In this document: positions 17,838 to 29,107 of the stretch, in pieces
How positions within the stretch are numbered: the stretch's first letter is position 1
How the letters are laid out: every line of letters starts with the position of its first letter
Source of the DNA: an uncultured Alphaproteobacteria bacterium
Lineage (GTDB): Bacteria; Pseudomonadota; Alphaproteobacteria; RF32; CAG-239
NCBI GenBank assembly: GCA_944392325.1
Contig: CALXWI010000003.1
Span: 1-53,496, forward strand
Length of the DNA: 53,496 nucleotides
Direction: 5' to 3'
Program-made: the position numbers and the translations under genes
Notes under the pieces: generated by a model
What the model saw: the letters and a program-made list of their open reading frames with translations, nothing else
Told to the model about the DNA's origin: nothing
The model's database searches: none

Positions 17838-18432
17838 ATGACATACTCAAAACTCTTTTTAACTGGTCTGAGTTTTTGGTGATTATCTCCTGAAAGCGCT
17901 CATCTTTTAAGATGTTAGTGTTCAGGAGCAAAATGCTCTCAAATAATAGGCGGATAGAATTTTCTTCCTGTCTGATACGCTCGGTATCCATGGTGACGGA
18001 GTAGAGGTATTCAAGGATTAATTCCTCATTGTCGCCTTGTTCATAAATATTTTCGGTTGTTAGCTGGGAATTGTTTTTGTGGTTTAATTCCCAATCTAAA
18101 TATATATGCACGGACGGGTTTAAATCAACCATATTGTCCAGCATATAATGCAGGTGAAACAGAGAAAACTCCTTCCACTCTTGATGGAGAGGGGTTTCGG
18201 CACATAATTGTTCCAGCTGTTTGAACACACGATTGGAACAATCACTACATTCAGTTTTACTGCAACTGCAGCAGGCCGCGAACATCTTAAAGATGTTATT
18301 TGAAAATAGCAAATCTAATAAAATCTTGGCTATTTTCAAATTGTCAGTCTTTTGTTCGTAGCAAAAAACTTCTTCCTCCTCCGGTATTATGGTTGAGATA
18401 ATATCGCAGAGGCAGTCCCTAATTTGCTTCAT
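17836..18432 (-). CDS. Hypothetical protein with Cys cluster (CCSCSKTECSDC)
   Basis: 198-aa ORF, AT-rich; no recognised family. Confidence 0.6.
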   Translation of the reverse strand: MKQIRDCLCDIISTIIPEEEEVFCYEQKTDNLKIAKILLDLLFSNNIFKMFAACCSCSKTECSDCSNRVFKQLEQLCAETPLHQEWKEFSLFHLHYMLDNMVDLNPSVHIYLDWELNHKNNSQLTTENIYEQGDNEELILEYLYSVTMDTERIRQEENSIRLLFESILLLNTNILKDERFQEIITKNSDQLKRVLSMS

Positions 18433-18570
18433 AATATATCATAATTATAGTTTTCCAGTAAGGCAATTTACTATAATGGACAAAATTTGTCAAGCAAAAA
18501 AATTAACACTTGATTAAAAAAAATGCAGAAAGTATAAATATAGTAAAATTTATTATTAATTATAAGCATT

Positions 18571-18813
18571 ATGATTACAAAGGTTAAAGTTATTATGGGG
18601 ATTGAGTTGCTTGGTTTTGTGCTGCTTTGGGGCGGTGGAATCTGGGTAATGATTGGGGTTGCTCTGATGCTTGCGGCTTTTTTGTTGCTGCTGCGGCGGT
18701 ATCTGAAAGTCTGGAAAAAAGGAAAATATACCTATTACAACGGGCTGGGGCGAATCAATAATTATGAGGAAGAAGAACATCAAAAAGGCTGGAGGAGATA
18801 TTGGCCTTTTTAA
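18571..18813 (+). CDS. Small membrane protein, hypothetical
   Basis: 80-aa ORF with hydrophobic hairpin and basic tail, followed by terminator. Confidence 0.55.
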   Translation: MITKVKVIMGIELLGFVLLWGGGIWVMIGVALMLAAFLLLLRRYLKVWKKGKYTYYNGLGRINNYEEEEHQKGWRRYWPF

Positions 18814-18824
18814 GCAAAAAAAAA

Positions 18825-18854
18825 CAAAGGCTTGAGTCTAAACTCAAGCCTTTG
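18825..18854. terminator. Terminator between convergent genes
   Basis: CAAAGGCTTGAGT-CTAA-ACTCAAGCCTTTG. Confidence 0.75.
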
Positions 18855-18857
18855 GGT

Positions 18858-20252
18858 TTATTTGATTAAGGTTTTGAACTCTTGCTGCTTGCGGTGGAGC
18901 ATTTCCCCATTGGGGCCTGATAAGGGTTGAAACTTGCGGGCAATGGTGTATTGCGGCAAAAGACGTTTGACCTCGTTGATATCTTGGTTCCAGACCGTGG
19001 GACGGAGGCGGATTTTTTTGCCTTGTCCGGCTGAGACTTTGGCAGTGATTTCGCCGCTGTCGGCGTCTTCAAACTCGGTGAGGCTCAGCCGCAGGTTGTT
19101 GAGGCTGTGGGGTTGCAAAAACGCTATACTTTCGCCGCTGTCAATGTAGTTGCGGATTTCAAAAATGGCGTCATCTCCCTGCCATTCAACGATTGAACCG
19201 GCAAAGAGCCAATCCCCGAGGGTGCGAGTGTATTCATAATTTTGGCTGATGTTGGTCAGCTTGCCATCGTGAAAACCAAGGCAGTAGCCGCGGTTTTGCA
19301 GGGTGTCAAGCTCGGGCATATAGCGCGTATAGTCCCAAGTGTCGGGCGAAGAATACCAGTCATCAATGGCTTGGCGATAAGTGCGGGCAACAATGCCGGC
19401 GTAGTATTCGGTCTTGTTGCGGCCCTCAACTTTGAGCGAATCCATCCCAATACCGAGCAAATCCGGCAGTCTGGGCAAAAGGCACATATCTTTGGAGTTG
19501 AGCATATAGCCGCCGTGCTCGTCTTCCATAACCTCATAATATTCTCCGGGGCGGAACTCCTCCTCAAGCAAAAACTCAAACGAATCTTTGTTGTGTTCAT
19601 CAATAGTGAGCTCTTTGATGCTGCCGTCTTTGAGCCTAAGGTGCAGCTTGTAGTGCCAGCGGCAGCAGTGGGCGCATTTGCCCTGATTGGCGCTGCGGTC
19701 GGCCAGATAATTGGATATCAGGCAGCGGCCGGAATAAGACATACACATAGCCCCGTGCATAAAGCATTCAAGCAAAATGTCAGGGCATTGCTCGCGAATC
19801 TCCTTCATTTCGGCAAAGGTGACCTCGCGCCCAAGGACGCAGAGCTTAGCCCCTTGCTGCTGCCAAAACTTGACCGCCTGAGCCGAGCAGATGTTGGCCT
19901 GTGTGGAAACAAACAGGTTGAGCTCGGGGGCGTGCTCCTTAACAAACATAAAAACTCCGGGGTCGGCAATCAAAACTCCGTCAGGCTTGAGCTGGCGCAG
20001 GGTCTCAACAAAAGTGGGGAGCTTGGCAACATCACGATTGTGCATAAACAGATTGAGTGTCAAATAAATCTTTTTGCCGTGGCGGTGTACAAACTCTATG
20101 CCTTCACGGAGTTCTTCCATACTGAATTTGGATTGAGCGCGGAGGCACATATCAGGTGTGCCGGCATAGACAGCATCTGCGCCGTACAAAATTGCGGTTT
20201 TGAGCTTGACTAATGAGCCTGCCGGCAATAAAAGTTCAGCTTTATCTAACAT
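18858..20252 (-). CDS. U32 family protein (TrhP/YegQ-like tRNA hydroxylase)
   Basis: ELLLPAGS, YGADAVY, HGAMCMSYSGRCLIS, NQGKCAHCCRW, SLKVEGR. Confidence 0.88.
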   Translation of the reverse strand: MLDKAELLLPAGSLVKLKTAILYGADAVYAGTPDMCLRAQSKFSMEELREGIEFVHRHGKKIYLTLNLFMHNRDVAKLPTFVETLRQLKPDGVLIADPGVFMFVKEHAPELNLFVSTQANICSAQAVKFWQQQGAKLCVLGREVTFAEMKEIREQCPDILLECFMHGAMCMSYSGRCLISNYLADRSANQGKCAHCCRWHYKLHLRLKDGSIKELTIDEHNKDSFEFLLEEEFRPGEYYEVMEDEHGGYMLNSKDMCLLPRLPDLLGIGMDSLKVEGRNKTEYYAGIVARTYRQAIDDWYSSPDTWDYTRYMPELDTLQNRGYCLGFHDGKLTNISQNYEYTRTLGDWLFAGSIVEWQGDDAIFEIRNYIDSGESIAFLQPHSLNNLRLSLTEFEDADSGEITAKVSAGQGKKIRLRPTVWNQDINEVKRLLPQYTIARKFQPLSGPNGEMLHRKQQEFKTLIK

Positions 20253-20255
20253 AAT

Positions 20256-21029
20256 TTATTCCTTAACGGTAATGTTTTGGGCATAGACATTGAGCTCGCC
20301 CAAAGGTGTGGAGTCAATATGAATCCGGCTGATGAACGGCAATTTGCTTTGCTCATCTTCCAGAATCCAAAAATATATCGGTCGATCAGAGGTGATTTGC
20401 CATAAAAGGTCGTCGCCGGTGTTGTCGAGCTTGTCAATATAGAGCGAGCATTTGTGCGCCGTGCCGCTGAACGGAGAATACTCGTTGGCGTTGACGGGCT
20501 CATCGCCTTCATCCTTAAAAATCACCGCAAAGCGGCGCTTGCCGTCAAAAACCTCCATACGAGAATCGCAAAAACGGACCTCGTTGTATTGTTTGGCCAT
20601 CTCGGCAAAGACGGTTTGCAAATCAGTAGTGCCGTCGTTTTTGGGGTCTTGGGTGATTTCAACCTTTTTGCTTTTGTCGTTCTTGCTGCTGAGGCGGTAG
20701 ACGGGAACTCCTTCATCATTATAAATCAGCTCTTTGGTGCGGCGGTTGGTGCGGGTTTGCGAGGCATATTTGTAAACCTCGGTTTGCAACTCGCCGTCGG
20801 GGTTGATTTTGCCGGAAGTCAGGTAATGTGCAGTAAACGGGTAAATGGCATCAAAAAAACCGTTGGTTTGGACTACCGACTGCGCTTTGTAATGCGATTT
20901 ATCAAGCGTATATTCAAAACTGGTACGGCTGGCGTCAAATGGGCCAATGTGCACGATAAAGTCGTGTTTGATGCCCGAAGCCTGTGCCGTGCCGCACAAA
21001 AACAGCAAAAAAAGTATCTTTTTAAACAT
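20256..21029 (-). CDS. Exported DUF3108-like protein
   Basis: Signal peptide; VFDGKRRF motif typical of DUF3108. Confidence 0.65.
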   Translation of the reverse strand: MFKKILFLLFLCGTAQASGIKHDFIVHIGPFDASRTSFEYTLDKSHYKAQSVVQTNGFFDAIYPFTAHYLTSGKINPDGELQTEVYKYASQTRTNRRTKELIYNDEGVPVYRLSSKNDKSKKVEITQDPKNDGTTDLQTVFAEMAKQYNEVRFCDSRMEVFDGKRRFAVIFKDEGDEPVNANEYSPFSGTAHKCSLYIDKLDNTGDDLLWQITSDRPIYFWILEDEQSKLPFISRIHIDSTPLGELNVYAQNITVKE

Positions 21030-21100
21030 GGCTCTTAGTCTTTCTTTAAATCTTTTGCGAGCATACTATCATAAATTTTTTTAATTTAAAGGGTTTTAAA

Positions 21101-22015
21101 ATGGTAAAAAAAGTTTTGGTACTCAAAGGCGGTTTTTCGGCCGAAAGAGAGGTTAGCTTGGTGAGCGCTGATGGCGTGGAGCAGGCCTTGCGTAAGTTGG
21201 GGTATGAGGTTGTGGCACATGACTGGAAAACCCCTGATGCTTTGTTGAAAGTAATTAAGGAGTTTAAGCCCGATGTGGTGTTTAATGCTTTGCACGGAAA
21301 TTGGGGCGAAGACGGCGAGATTCAGGGATTTTTAGATGTGTTGCAAATCCCTTATACGCACTCGGGTTTGCGGGCGTCGTTGCTCGGAATGGACAAGAGC
21401 CTGACCAAAATCATTGCCGAGCAAAACGGGGTGCCGGTGGCTCAAGGGGAGAAAATGACCTTTGCGCAGTTTAAGGCCAAAGGGACTAAGCTTGATTTTC
21501 CCTATGTGATGAAACCGGCGGCAGACGGCTCCAGCGTGGGGGTATTTATTATCCATAACCAAGCCGATTTAGCGCAAGTCAACTATGATGACGAGCGGGA
21601 GATTTTGATTGAAAAATATATTGCCGGACAAGAGCTCACCGTGGCAGTACTGGACGGCAAAGCTTTGGCCGTGACCGAGTTGTGTGCCGCCAATGAGTTT
21701 TATGACTATCAAGCCAAATATACCGCCGGTATGACCGTACACAAGTTGCCGGCAGATATTCCTTCTGAAGTTGCCAAGCAAGCCATGCGCTATGCCGAAG
21801 TTATTCACCAGGCTTTAGGCTGCAGGGCGGTATCACGTTCTGATTTTCGCTACAACCCTCAAGACGGGGTGGTCTTTTTGGAGGTTAATACGAATCCGGG
21901 GTTGACCCCGCTTTCTTTAGTCCCTGAGCAAGCGCGTTTTTGTGGTATAGGGTATGAGGGGTTGTGTGAGAAGTTGCTTGCATCTGCCTCCTTTCGGTGT
22001 ATAATGGGCGATTAG
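21101..22015 (+). CDS. ddl: D-alanine--D-alanine ligase
   Basis: GGFSAEREVSL, LHGNWGEDG, GSSVG, EVNTNPG. Confidence 0.95.
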   Translation: MVKKVLVLKGGFSAEREVSLVSADGVEQALRKLGYEVVAHDWKTPDALLKVIKEFKPDVVFNALHGNWGEDGEIQGFLDVLQIPYTHSGLRASLLGMDKSLTKIIAEQNGVPVAQGEKMTFAQFKAKGTKLDFPYVMKPAADGSSVGVFIIHNQADLAQVNYDDEREILIEKYIAGQELTVAVLDGKALAVTELCAANEFYDYQAKYTAGMTVHKLPADIPSEVAKQAMRYAEVIHQALGCRAVSRSDFRYNPQDGVVFLEVNTNPGLTPLSLVPEQARFCGIGYEGLCEKLLASASFRCIMGD

Positions 22016-22230
22016 GGCGTTGTCGGCGGCCTCGAAAAATTCACGTACTTTTTTTGTACGCTAAAATTTTTCTCGTCCTTGACGCCTACTACTCGCCTCA
22101 TTCTCCACCGAAAGGACTTTCGGTGTATAATGGGCAACTAATACAGAAACTGCGTGCTTTAGGTGTATAATGGGTAACTAATACAGAAACTGCGTGTTTT
22201 AGGTGTATAATGGGCAACTAATACAGAAAA
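21990..22230 (+). repeat. GTAC-apex palindrome (21990-22115) overlapping ddl 3' end, then three 40-bp tandem left-arm copies (22122, 22162, 22202)
   Basis: CCTTTCGGTG...CACCGAAAGG termini with CGTAC-T7-GTACG apex; GGTGTATAATGGG(C/T)AACTAATACAGAAA at 40-bp period. Confidence 0.9.
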
Positions 22231-22238
22231 GTGTATAG

Positions 22239-23186
22239 ATGGATAAAACTAATTTAGTAATTGTTATCGGCGGGCCTACCGCTTCCGGAAAATCGCAGCT
22301 CGCGATGGATGTGGCTTTATCCCTCGGCGGTGCCGTGGTTAATGCCGATGCAATGCAGATGTATAAAAATACTCCGATTATTTCAGCTTGTCCGACGCCT
22401 GAGGACAAAGCCATGGTCGAACACTGCTTGTATGAAGTTTGGGATGCCGCCCAAAACGGATCGGTGGTGGAGTGGCTCGAGCTGGCTAATGCCGAAATCC
22501 GCCGCTTGTGGGCGGAGGGAAAAGTCCCCGTTGTGGTGGGCGGAACCGGAATGTATATTGACAACCTGATTAACGGTGTGACCCCAATCCCTGAGACGGC
22601 TGCCGAGGTTAAGCGCAAAGTTCAGCAGATGTTGGCCGAGCAAGGAGTAAATGCATTGCATAATTTGTTGGCCGAATTGGACCCGCTTACGGCTCAGCGA
22701 CTCAGCCCTAATGATACAACCAGAGTTCGCCGCGCCTTGGAGGTGTTTTATGATACGGGGAAACCGTTAAGCAAGTGGTACCAAATCCCGATGGTTAAAA
22801 AACTGCCGGAGGCTCGGTTTGAGGTTATACGCATTATTCCTCATAAAGATGAACTTGATGAACGCTGCTTTATTCGCTTTGATAAAATGATGCAGCAAGG
22901 AGCTTTAGCCGAAGTTGAGGCCTTGGCTAAACGCAACTTGAGCCCTAAACTGCCGGCGATGCGTGCGCTCGGTGTGCCGGAGCTGTTGGAATATGTGGCG
23001 GGCAAAATATCTTTAGACGAGGCCGTGGCTTTGGGCAAACTCCATACCCGACAATATGCCAAACGCCAACGTACTTGGTTTAATAATAAACTAAATCAGG
23101 GGCAGGTGTTGCCATGCTGCTATAATAAAAATAATTTGGTAGTAAAAAATTTACTTAATTGTGTTAATAAGGGTGTTAAAAAGTAA
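22239..23186 (+). CDS. miaA: tRNA dimethylallyltransferase
   Basis: GPTASGKS, NADAMQMY, VGGTGMY, TRQYAKRQRTW. Confidence 0.95.
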   Translation: MDKTNLVIVIGGPTASGKSQLAMDVALSLGGAVVNADAMQMYKNTPIISACPTPEDKAMVEHCLYEVWDAAQNGSVVEWLELANAEIRRLWAEGKVPVVVGGTGMYIDNLINGVTPIPETAAEVKRKVQQMLAEQGVNALHNLLAELDPLTAQRLSPNDTTRVRRALEVFYDTGKPLSKWYQIPMVKKLPEARFEVIRIIPHKDELDERCFIRFDKMMQQGALAEVEALAKRNLSPKLPAMRALGVPELLEYVAGKISLDEAVALGKLHTRQYAKRQRTWFNNKLNQGQVLPCCYNKNNLVVKNLLNCVNKGVKK

Positions 23187-23253
23187 CTATATTGAGTTGC
23201 ACTGCAGTTAATAAGGTTATAAAAAGAAATAAATTTTAGGTTAAAGACTTTAA

Positions 23254-24310
<1,057 letters not shown>

Positions 24311-24312
<2 letters not shown>

Positions 24313-24438
24313 AAAATGTGTATAATGGTCATCTAATACGGAAACTGCGAATAAATCGCTCAGTCATGTACCTTTTTGTACACTCCGTTCGCGATTTTTC
24401 TGGTTTCCTATTATATGACTCGTTCTCCGCAGTTTTTT
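24311..24438 (+). repeat. Single GTAC-apex palindrome directly after mreB stop
   Basis: GTATAATGGTCATCTAATACGGAAAC ... TGTAC-N6-GTACA ... GGTTTCCTATTATATGACTCGTTCTCC; outer arms shared with 11252 and 16941 units. Confidence 0.88.
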
Positions 24439-24637
24439 ACAAAACTGGTTATTGGGACGGAAAATGTTTGTTCTTGAAAATCTTGGTAATTTAATGGCAA
24501 ATAGGGGCGAATAAGGGTAATTTTGTAGTTGATTATAATAATATTTTGAGGATAAAATGGCGGCAGAGGTTGCGGAGGCAAAATCGTGCCGTTTTTTGTG
24601 CCTTTTTTACAGATGTTCAATATGAAGCGAGATAGCT

Positions 24638-25528
24638 ATGAAACGCAGAAGAGTTTTGTTTATGCAGTTGAGCCATATTAGGTTGCTGGTCAAGAAGTTT
24701 GCGCTGGTAATCTTGTTCTTGTTGGCGTTTGTTTTGATGTTGCTTAATAAAACTGATACCATATTGATTGATAAAACTTCGTCGGTGGCTACAAGTGTGT
24801 TTAGCCCGGTTATTGATGTCTTGATTTTGCCGGCACGTGGAATCGCCGAAGTTTATGATTATTTTAAGGATATGCGCTTGGCTTATCAGGAAAATAAGCT
24901 ATTGAAGGCTGAGAATCGACAATTGCGGATTATCAGCGAAAAAGCCCGCGCTTTAGAAATTGAGAATCGTTTGCTGGCAAAGCTCCTTAATTATACTCGT
25001 CCTAATGAAGAGGAAATGGTAACGGTGCGCGTGGTGGCTGAAGAAGGGGACGCGTTCTCCCATTCGTTGATTGCTTATACCGGTGAAAATACAACTGTCA
25101 AAAAAGACCAAATCGTGATTACAGATCGCGGTGTGGTGGGCAGAGTTGATACCGTGGGCGCGATGTATAGCAAAATTTTGATGATTACCGATATTAACTC
25201 GCGAATCCCGGTTATGCTGGAAAAAAATCGTGTCAGAGGAATTTTGGCGGGTGACAATAATCGCAAACCTAAGCTTGAATTTACGCCTATTGGCTCGGTG
25301 ATTAATGTCGGCGATCGTATTATTACATCAGGCGTGGCGGGAACTTTTCCGGCTGGATTGCCGGTGGGTGTGGTAAGTGAGATTACCAAGCGTGATATCA
25401 GAGTTACGCCGTTGGCTGATTTTGATAGTATTGAATATGTTAAAATTGTATCTTATGCTGATGTAGAAGAGCCTGAAACCGAGGTGGTTAATGCAGCTAA
25501 TCCTGAGGCGGAGGTTGCTGATGAATGA
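24638..25528 (+). CDS. mreC: Rod shape-determining protein MreC
   Basis: TM, coiled coil ENKLLKAENRQL, GVVGRV, ITSGVAGTFPAGLPVG; operon position. Confidence 0.93.
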   Translation: MKRRRVLFMQLSHIRLLVKKFALVILFLLAFVLMLLNKTDTILIDKTSSVATSVFSPVIDVLILPARGIAEVYDYFKDMRLAYQENKLLKAENRQLRIISEKARALEIENRLLAKLLNYTRPNEEEMVTVRVVAEEGDAFSHSLIAYTGENTTVKKDQIVITDRGVVGRVDTVGAMYSKILMITDINSRIPVMLEKNRVRGILAGDNNRKPKLEFTPIGSVINVGDRIITSGVAGTFPAGLPVGVVSEITKRDIRVTPLADFDSIEYVKIVSYADVEEPETEVVNAANPEAEVADE

Positions 25529-26039
25529 TGCTTGGGATGAAAGTTTAAAGGCTTATTTTTTGCGTACATTGCCACTGCTTTGTTCAATTATTTTGGTGAT
25601 GATGTCGTATATGCCTTTTAATATTTTATTGCCGACCAGTATTCATCCGGCGATGGGGGTGATTTGTGTATATTATTGGATGTTGCATCGTCCGGATGTA
25701 TTCAACTTGTTCTCGGTGTTTTGCTTGGGGTTGGTTGAGGATTTGATTACGGCAGCACCTTTGGGGTCAAACTTGTTCCAGTTATTGGTGTTGTATGTGC
25801 TTATCAGCAATTTGCTAAAATATTTTAATGGTAAACCTTTTGAGGTTATGTGGGTCGGGTTTTTGCCGGCGGCTTTCTTGTCGATGTTTGCCAGATGGTT
25901 CGTGGTGTCGGTCTATTATGGGCAATTTTTGCCTCTGGGGATGTTAGGTTTTTCAGTGTTGATTACGGTGGCCGCTTATCCGATTATATCATTAGTGAAT
26001 GTTTTGGTGCAGAACAAGTTTATGGCAGATGAGGTCTAA
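25521..26039 (+). CDS. mreD: Rod shape-determining protein MreD
   Basis: Polytopic membrane protein, YYW..RPD, GLVEDL; between mreC and mrdA. Confidence 0.88.
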   Translation: MNDAWDESLKAYFLRTLPLLCSIILVMMSYMPFNILLPTSIHPAMGVICVYYWMLHRPDVFNLFSVFCLGLVEDLITAAPLGSNLFQLLVLYVLISNLLKYFNGKPFEVMWVGFLPAAFLSMFARWFVVSVYYGQFLPLGMLGFSVLITVAAYPIISLVNVLVQNKFMADEV

Positions 26040-26042
26040 AAT

Positions 26043-27869
26043 ATGAATCGCGATAATGATAAAGGTAAAGTTCTGCTCAAGCGCTCTTTGATTATGGCCG
26101 GCGTTAAGGCTTTTTTGCTTTTGTGCTTAATTGGGCGATTGTATTATTTGCAAGTGTATCAGGCTGATAAGTTTAAAACAATGGCCGATGAAAACCGTAT
26201 TTCTACCCGGTTGCTTATTCCGCAGCGAGGGATTATTTATGACCGCAATGATGTGGTGCTGGCTACTAATGAACAGAACTTTCAGGCCTTGATTGTGGCT
26301 GAGCAGACTACCGATGTGCAGAGCACTTTGGATGCTTTCAAAAAGATTATGCCGTTGAGTGAGGCTGAGGAAGAACGGATTAAGCGTGATTTGAAACGCA
26401 ATAAAAGCTTTGTGCCGATTAAGGTTAAAGATAATTTGACTTGGGAGCAAGTATCAGAAATTCAACTTAATGCGCCGGAGCTGCCGGGGATTATTATTGA
26501 TGAGGGCTTAAACCGCTATTATCCTTATGGTGAAAAAATGGCACAGGTGATTGGCTATGTGGCGGCGGTGTCTGAAAAAGATGTGAAAGATGACCCCTTG
26601 CTTGAGGTGCCGGGGTTCAAAATCGGAAAATCAGGCTTAGAGAAGTTTTTGGAGCATCGGTTACGTGGAAAAGGTGGTATTTTGAAACTGGAAGTTAATG
26701 CCTATGGTCGCGTAATGAAAGAGATTGAAGAGACCGAAGGTGTGGCCGGTGAACCCATACACTTAACCTTAGATGCCAGATTGCAGGAGAAAGCTTATGA
26801 GGCTTTTGGTGATGAAAGCGGTGCCGCAGTTTTGTTGGATGTGCATTCGGGGGAAATTTTGGCATTTGTTTCAACTCCGGCATTTGACCCTAATGCTTTT
26901 TCCCGCGGGTTGACCCATGATGAATGGCAGGCCTTGGTTGAAAATGAGAAATCGCCTTTGACTAATAAGGCTATTCAAGGACAATATTCTCCGGGGTCGG
27001 TGTTTAAGCCTCTGGTGGCGTTGGCCGGTTTGGAATCCAAAATGATTAAAGAAGATACACGTTTCTTTTGTGCCGGAAAAATGTTGTTGGGTGACCACCC
27101 ATTCCACTGTTGGAAAAGAGCAGGTCATGGATATTTGAATCTTGAAGAATCTTTGATGCATTCTTGTGATATTTATTTTTATGAAACGGCAATGCGGGTC
27201 GGAATTGATAAAATTGCTGATTTGGCCAGACGTTTTGGTTTAGGTAAAACCGTTAATATTGGTTTGGAGCACGAAAAAGCCGGATTGATTCCTGACAAAG
27301 AGTGGAAGTTGCGGCGTTTTGGCGAGCCGTGGCAGATGGGAGAAAGCTTGATTTCGGGAATTGGGCAAGGTTATATTTTGGTTACGCCGTTGCAGTTGGC
27401 TACTATGACTGCGCGCTTGGTGAATGGAGGTTATGAAGTCACGCCGACTTTCTTCCCCGTGGATGAAAAGGCATTTCGGGATATCAAAAAAATTGAGGTG
27501 TCGCCTAGGTATTTGAATATTGTTAAACAGGGAATGTTTGACGTGGTTAATATTCCGGGAGGAACGGCTTGGGGATCGCGTTTTGATTATAACGGAATGA
27601 AAATGGCGGGCAAAACCGGCTCCGTACAAGTGCGACGAATCTCCTTAAAAGAGCGGCAGACCGGCGTGATTAAGCAAAAAGATTTGCCGTGGAAGTACCG
27701 CGATCATGCGATATTTATCGGTTATGCTCCGGCAGATAACCCCAAATATGCCGTGGCGGTGTTGGTAGAGCACGGCGGCGGTGGATCGTCGGTGGCGGCG
27801 CCGATTGCCAGTAAAATTTTGAAAGAGAGTTTGATTTTGGATCCGGTGAAAAGCCGTCCGCATTTTTAG
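26043..27869 (+). CDS. mrdA: Penicillin-binding protein 2
   Basis: RGIIYDRN, SVFK (SxxK), SCD, KTG motifs. Confidence 0.95.
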   Translation: MNRDNDKGKVLLKRSLIMAGVKAFLLLCLIGRLYYLQVYQADKFKTMADENRISTRLLIPQRGIIYDRNDVVLATNEQNFQALIVAEQTTDVQSTLDAFKKIMPLSEAEEERIKRDLKRNKSFVPIKVKDNLTWEQVSEIQLNAPELPGIIIDEGLNRYYPYGEKMAQVIGYVAAVSEKDVKDDPLLEVPGFKIGKSGLEKFLEHRLRGKGGILKLEVNAYGRVMKEIEETEGVAGEPIHLTLDARLQEKAYEAFGDESGAAVLLDVHSGEILAFVSTPAFDPNAFSRGLTHDEWQALVENEKSPLTNKAIQGQYSPGSVFKPLVALAGLESKMIKEDTRFFCAGKMLLGDHPFHCWKRAGHGYLNLEESLMHSCDIYFYETAMRVGIDKIADLARRFGLGKTVNIGLEHEKAGLIPDKEWKLRRFGEPWQMGESLISGIGQGYILVTPLQLATMTARLVNGGYEVTPTFFPVDEKAFRDIKKIEVSPRYLNIVKQGMFDVVNIPGGTAWGSRFDYNGMKMAGKTGSVQVRRISLKERQTGVIKQKDLPWKYRDHAIFIGYAPADNPKYAVAVLVEHGGGGSSVAAPIASKILKESLILDPVKSRPHF

Positions 27870-27878
27870 AGGTGGGTA

Positions 27879-29018
27879 ATGTATAAGCCTTATGAAACGA
27901 CATTTAGAGGTCAGCGGATGACCATTAAAGAAAAGCTGATGAATATTAGCTTTTGGTATGTCTTTTTTATTTGTTTATTGGCGGCTATCGGAGTAACTAT
28001 GCTGTATTCGGCGGCAAACGGGCACTGGCAGCCGTGGGCGATTAATCAGCTGTTGCGCTTTGGGGTGGGACTTGGCGTGATGATATTTTTTGCGCTGATT
28101 GATATCAGAATTATTTTGCGATATTCATATTTATTTTATTTTTTTACATTGATTTTGTTGTTGGTGGTTGAGGTTACCGGACATATCGGAATGGGAGCGC
28201 AACGTTGGATTAATTTTGGCTTTTTTAAGCTGCAGCCGTCAGAACTGATGAAAATTGCTCTGGTGTTGGTGTTAGCGCGTTATTTTCACTCAACGCAATT
28301 GCAAACCATAGAATCGACTAGTGGAATGATTAAGCCGGCATTGTTGGCTTTAATACCGGCGGGGTTGATTATTGTGCAACCGGATTTGGGTACCGGTTTG
28401 ATGCTGATTATGACGACAACGGCAATATTTTTTGCGGTCGGAGTGCAGATGTGGAAGTTTGTGGCGGTTGGAATTACCGGTATTATATTGGCGCCGATTG
28501 CATGGCATTTTTTGCATGATTACCAAAAAGACCGAGTGTTGACTTTTTTGAATCCTGAGCGTGACCCATTGGGAGCGGGGTATCATATTATCCAATCCAA
28601 GATTGCGTTGGGTTCGGGAGGAGTATTCGGTAAAGGGTTCTTGAAAGGGACACAGACGCACCTTAACTTTTTGCCGGAGAAACATACCGACTTTATTTTC
28701 ACGATGTTGTCGGAAGAGTTGGGTATGATTGGTGCCGTATGTGTAATTTTGATTAATTTTTGCATTATTGCTTATGGATATTCTTTTGCGTTTAAGAGTA
28801 GTAGCTATTTTGGCAAGCTAGTGGCTATTGGCCTAACAACCAACTATTTCTTATATGTGTTTATTAATACGGCGATGGTGTTGGGGCTGATTCCGGTAGT
28901 GGGAATTCCTTTGCCGCTTATATCTTACGGGGGAACGGTAATGCTCTCGGTTATGGCCAGTTTTGGGATTTTGCTCTCTGTACATATTAACCGCGATGTG
29001 ACGGTGGGTAAAGAATAA
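27879..29018 (+). CDS. rodA: Rod shape-determining protein RodA
   Basis: GAQRW, QPSELMK, QPDLGT, PEKHTDFIF, PLISYGG. Confidence 0.95.
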   Translation: MYKPYETTFRGQRMTIKEKLMNISFWYVFFICLLAAIGVTMLYSAANGHWQPWAINQLLRFGVGLGVMIFFALIDIRIILRYSYLFYFFTLILLLVVEVTGHIGMGAQRWINFGFFKLQPSELMKIALVLVLARYFHSTQLQTIESTSGMIKPALLALIPAGLIIVQPDLGTGLMLIMTTTAIFFAVGVQMWKFVAVGITGIILAPIAWHFLHDYQKDRVLTFLNPERDPLGAGYHIIQSKIALGSGGVFGKGFLKGTQTHLNFLPEKHTDFIFTMLSEELGMIGAVCVILINFCIIAYGYSFAFKSSSYFGKLVAIGLTTNYFLYVFINTAMVLGLIPVVGIPLPLISYGGTVMLSVMASFGILLSVHINRDVTVGKE

Positions 29019-29029
29019 GCCAATAAAGT

Positions 29030-29061
29030 AAAAGCTCTTCGAGGTTGTTGAAGAGCTTTTT
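29030..29061 (+). terminator. Terminator of mre operon
   Basis: AAAAGCTCTTC...GAAGAGCTTTTT; second hairpin AGTACCGCCG/CGGCGGTACT at 29077-29106 for the convergent gene. Confidence 0.7.
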
Positions 29062-29107
29062 TGTTGGATTATTGGAGTACCGCCGTCGGTGACGGTCGGC
29101 GGTACTT

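Noticed and set aside
22122-22230. CRISPR array or plasmid iterons
   Set aside because: Head-to-tail 40-bp units without unique spacers, derived from the palindrome left arm; no rep gene.
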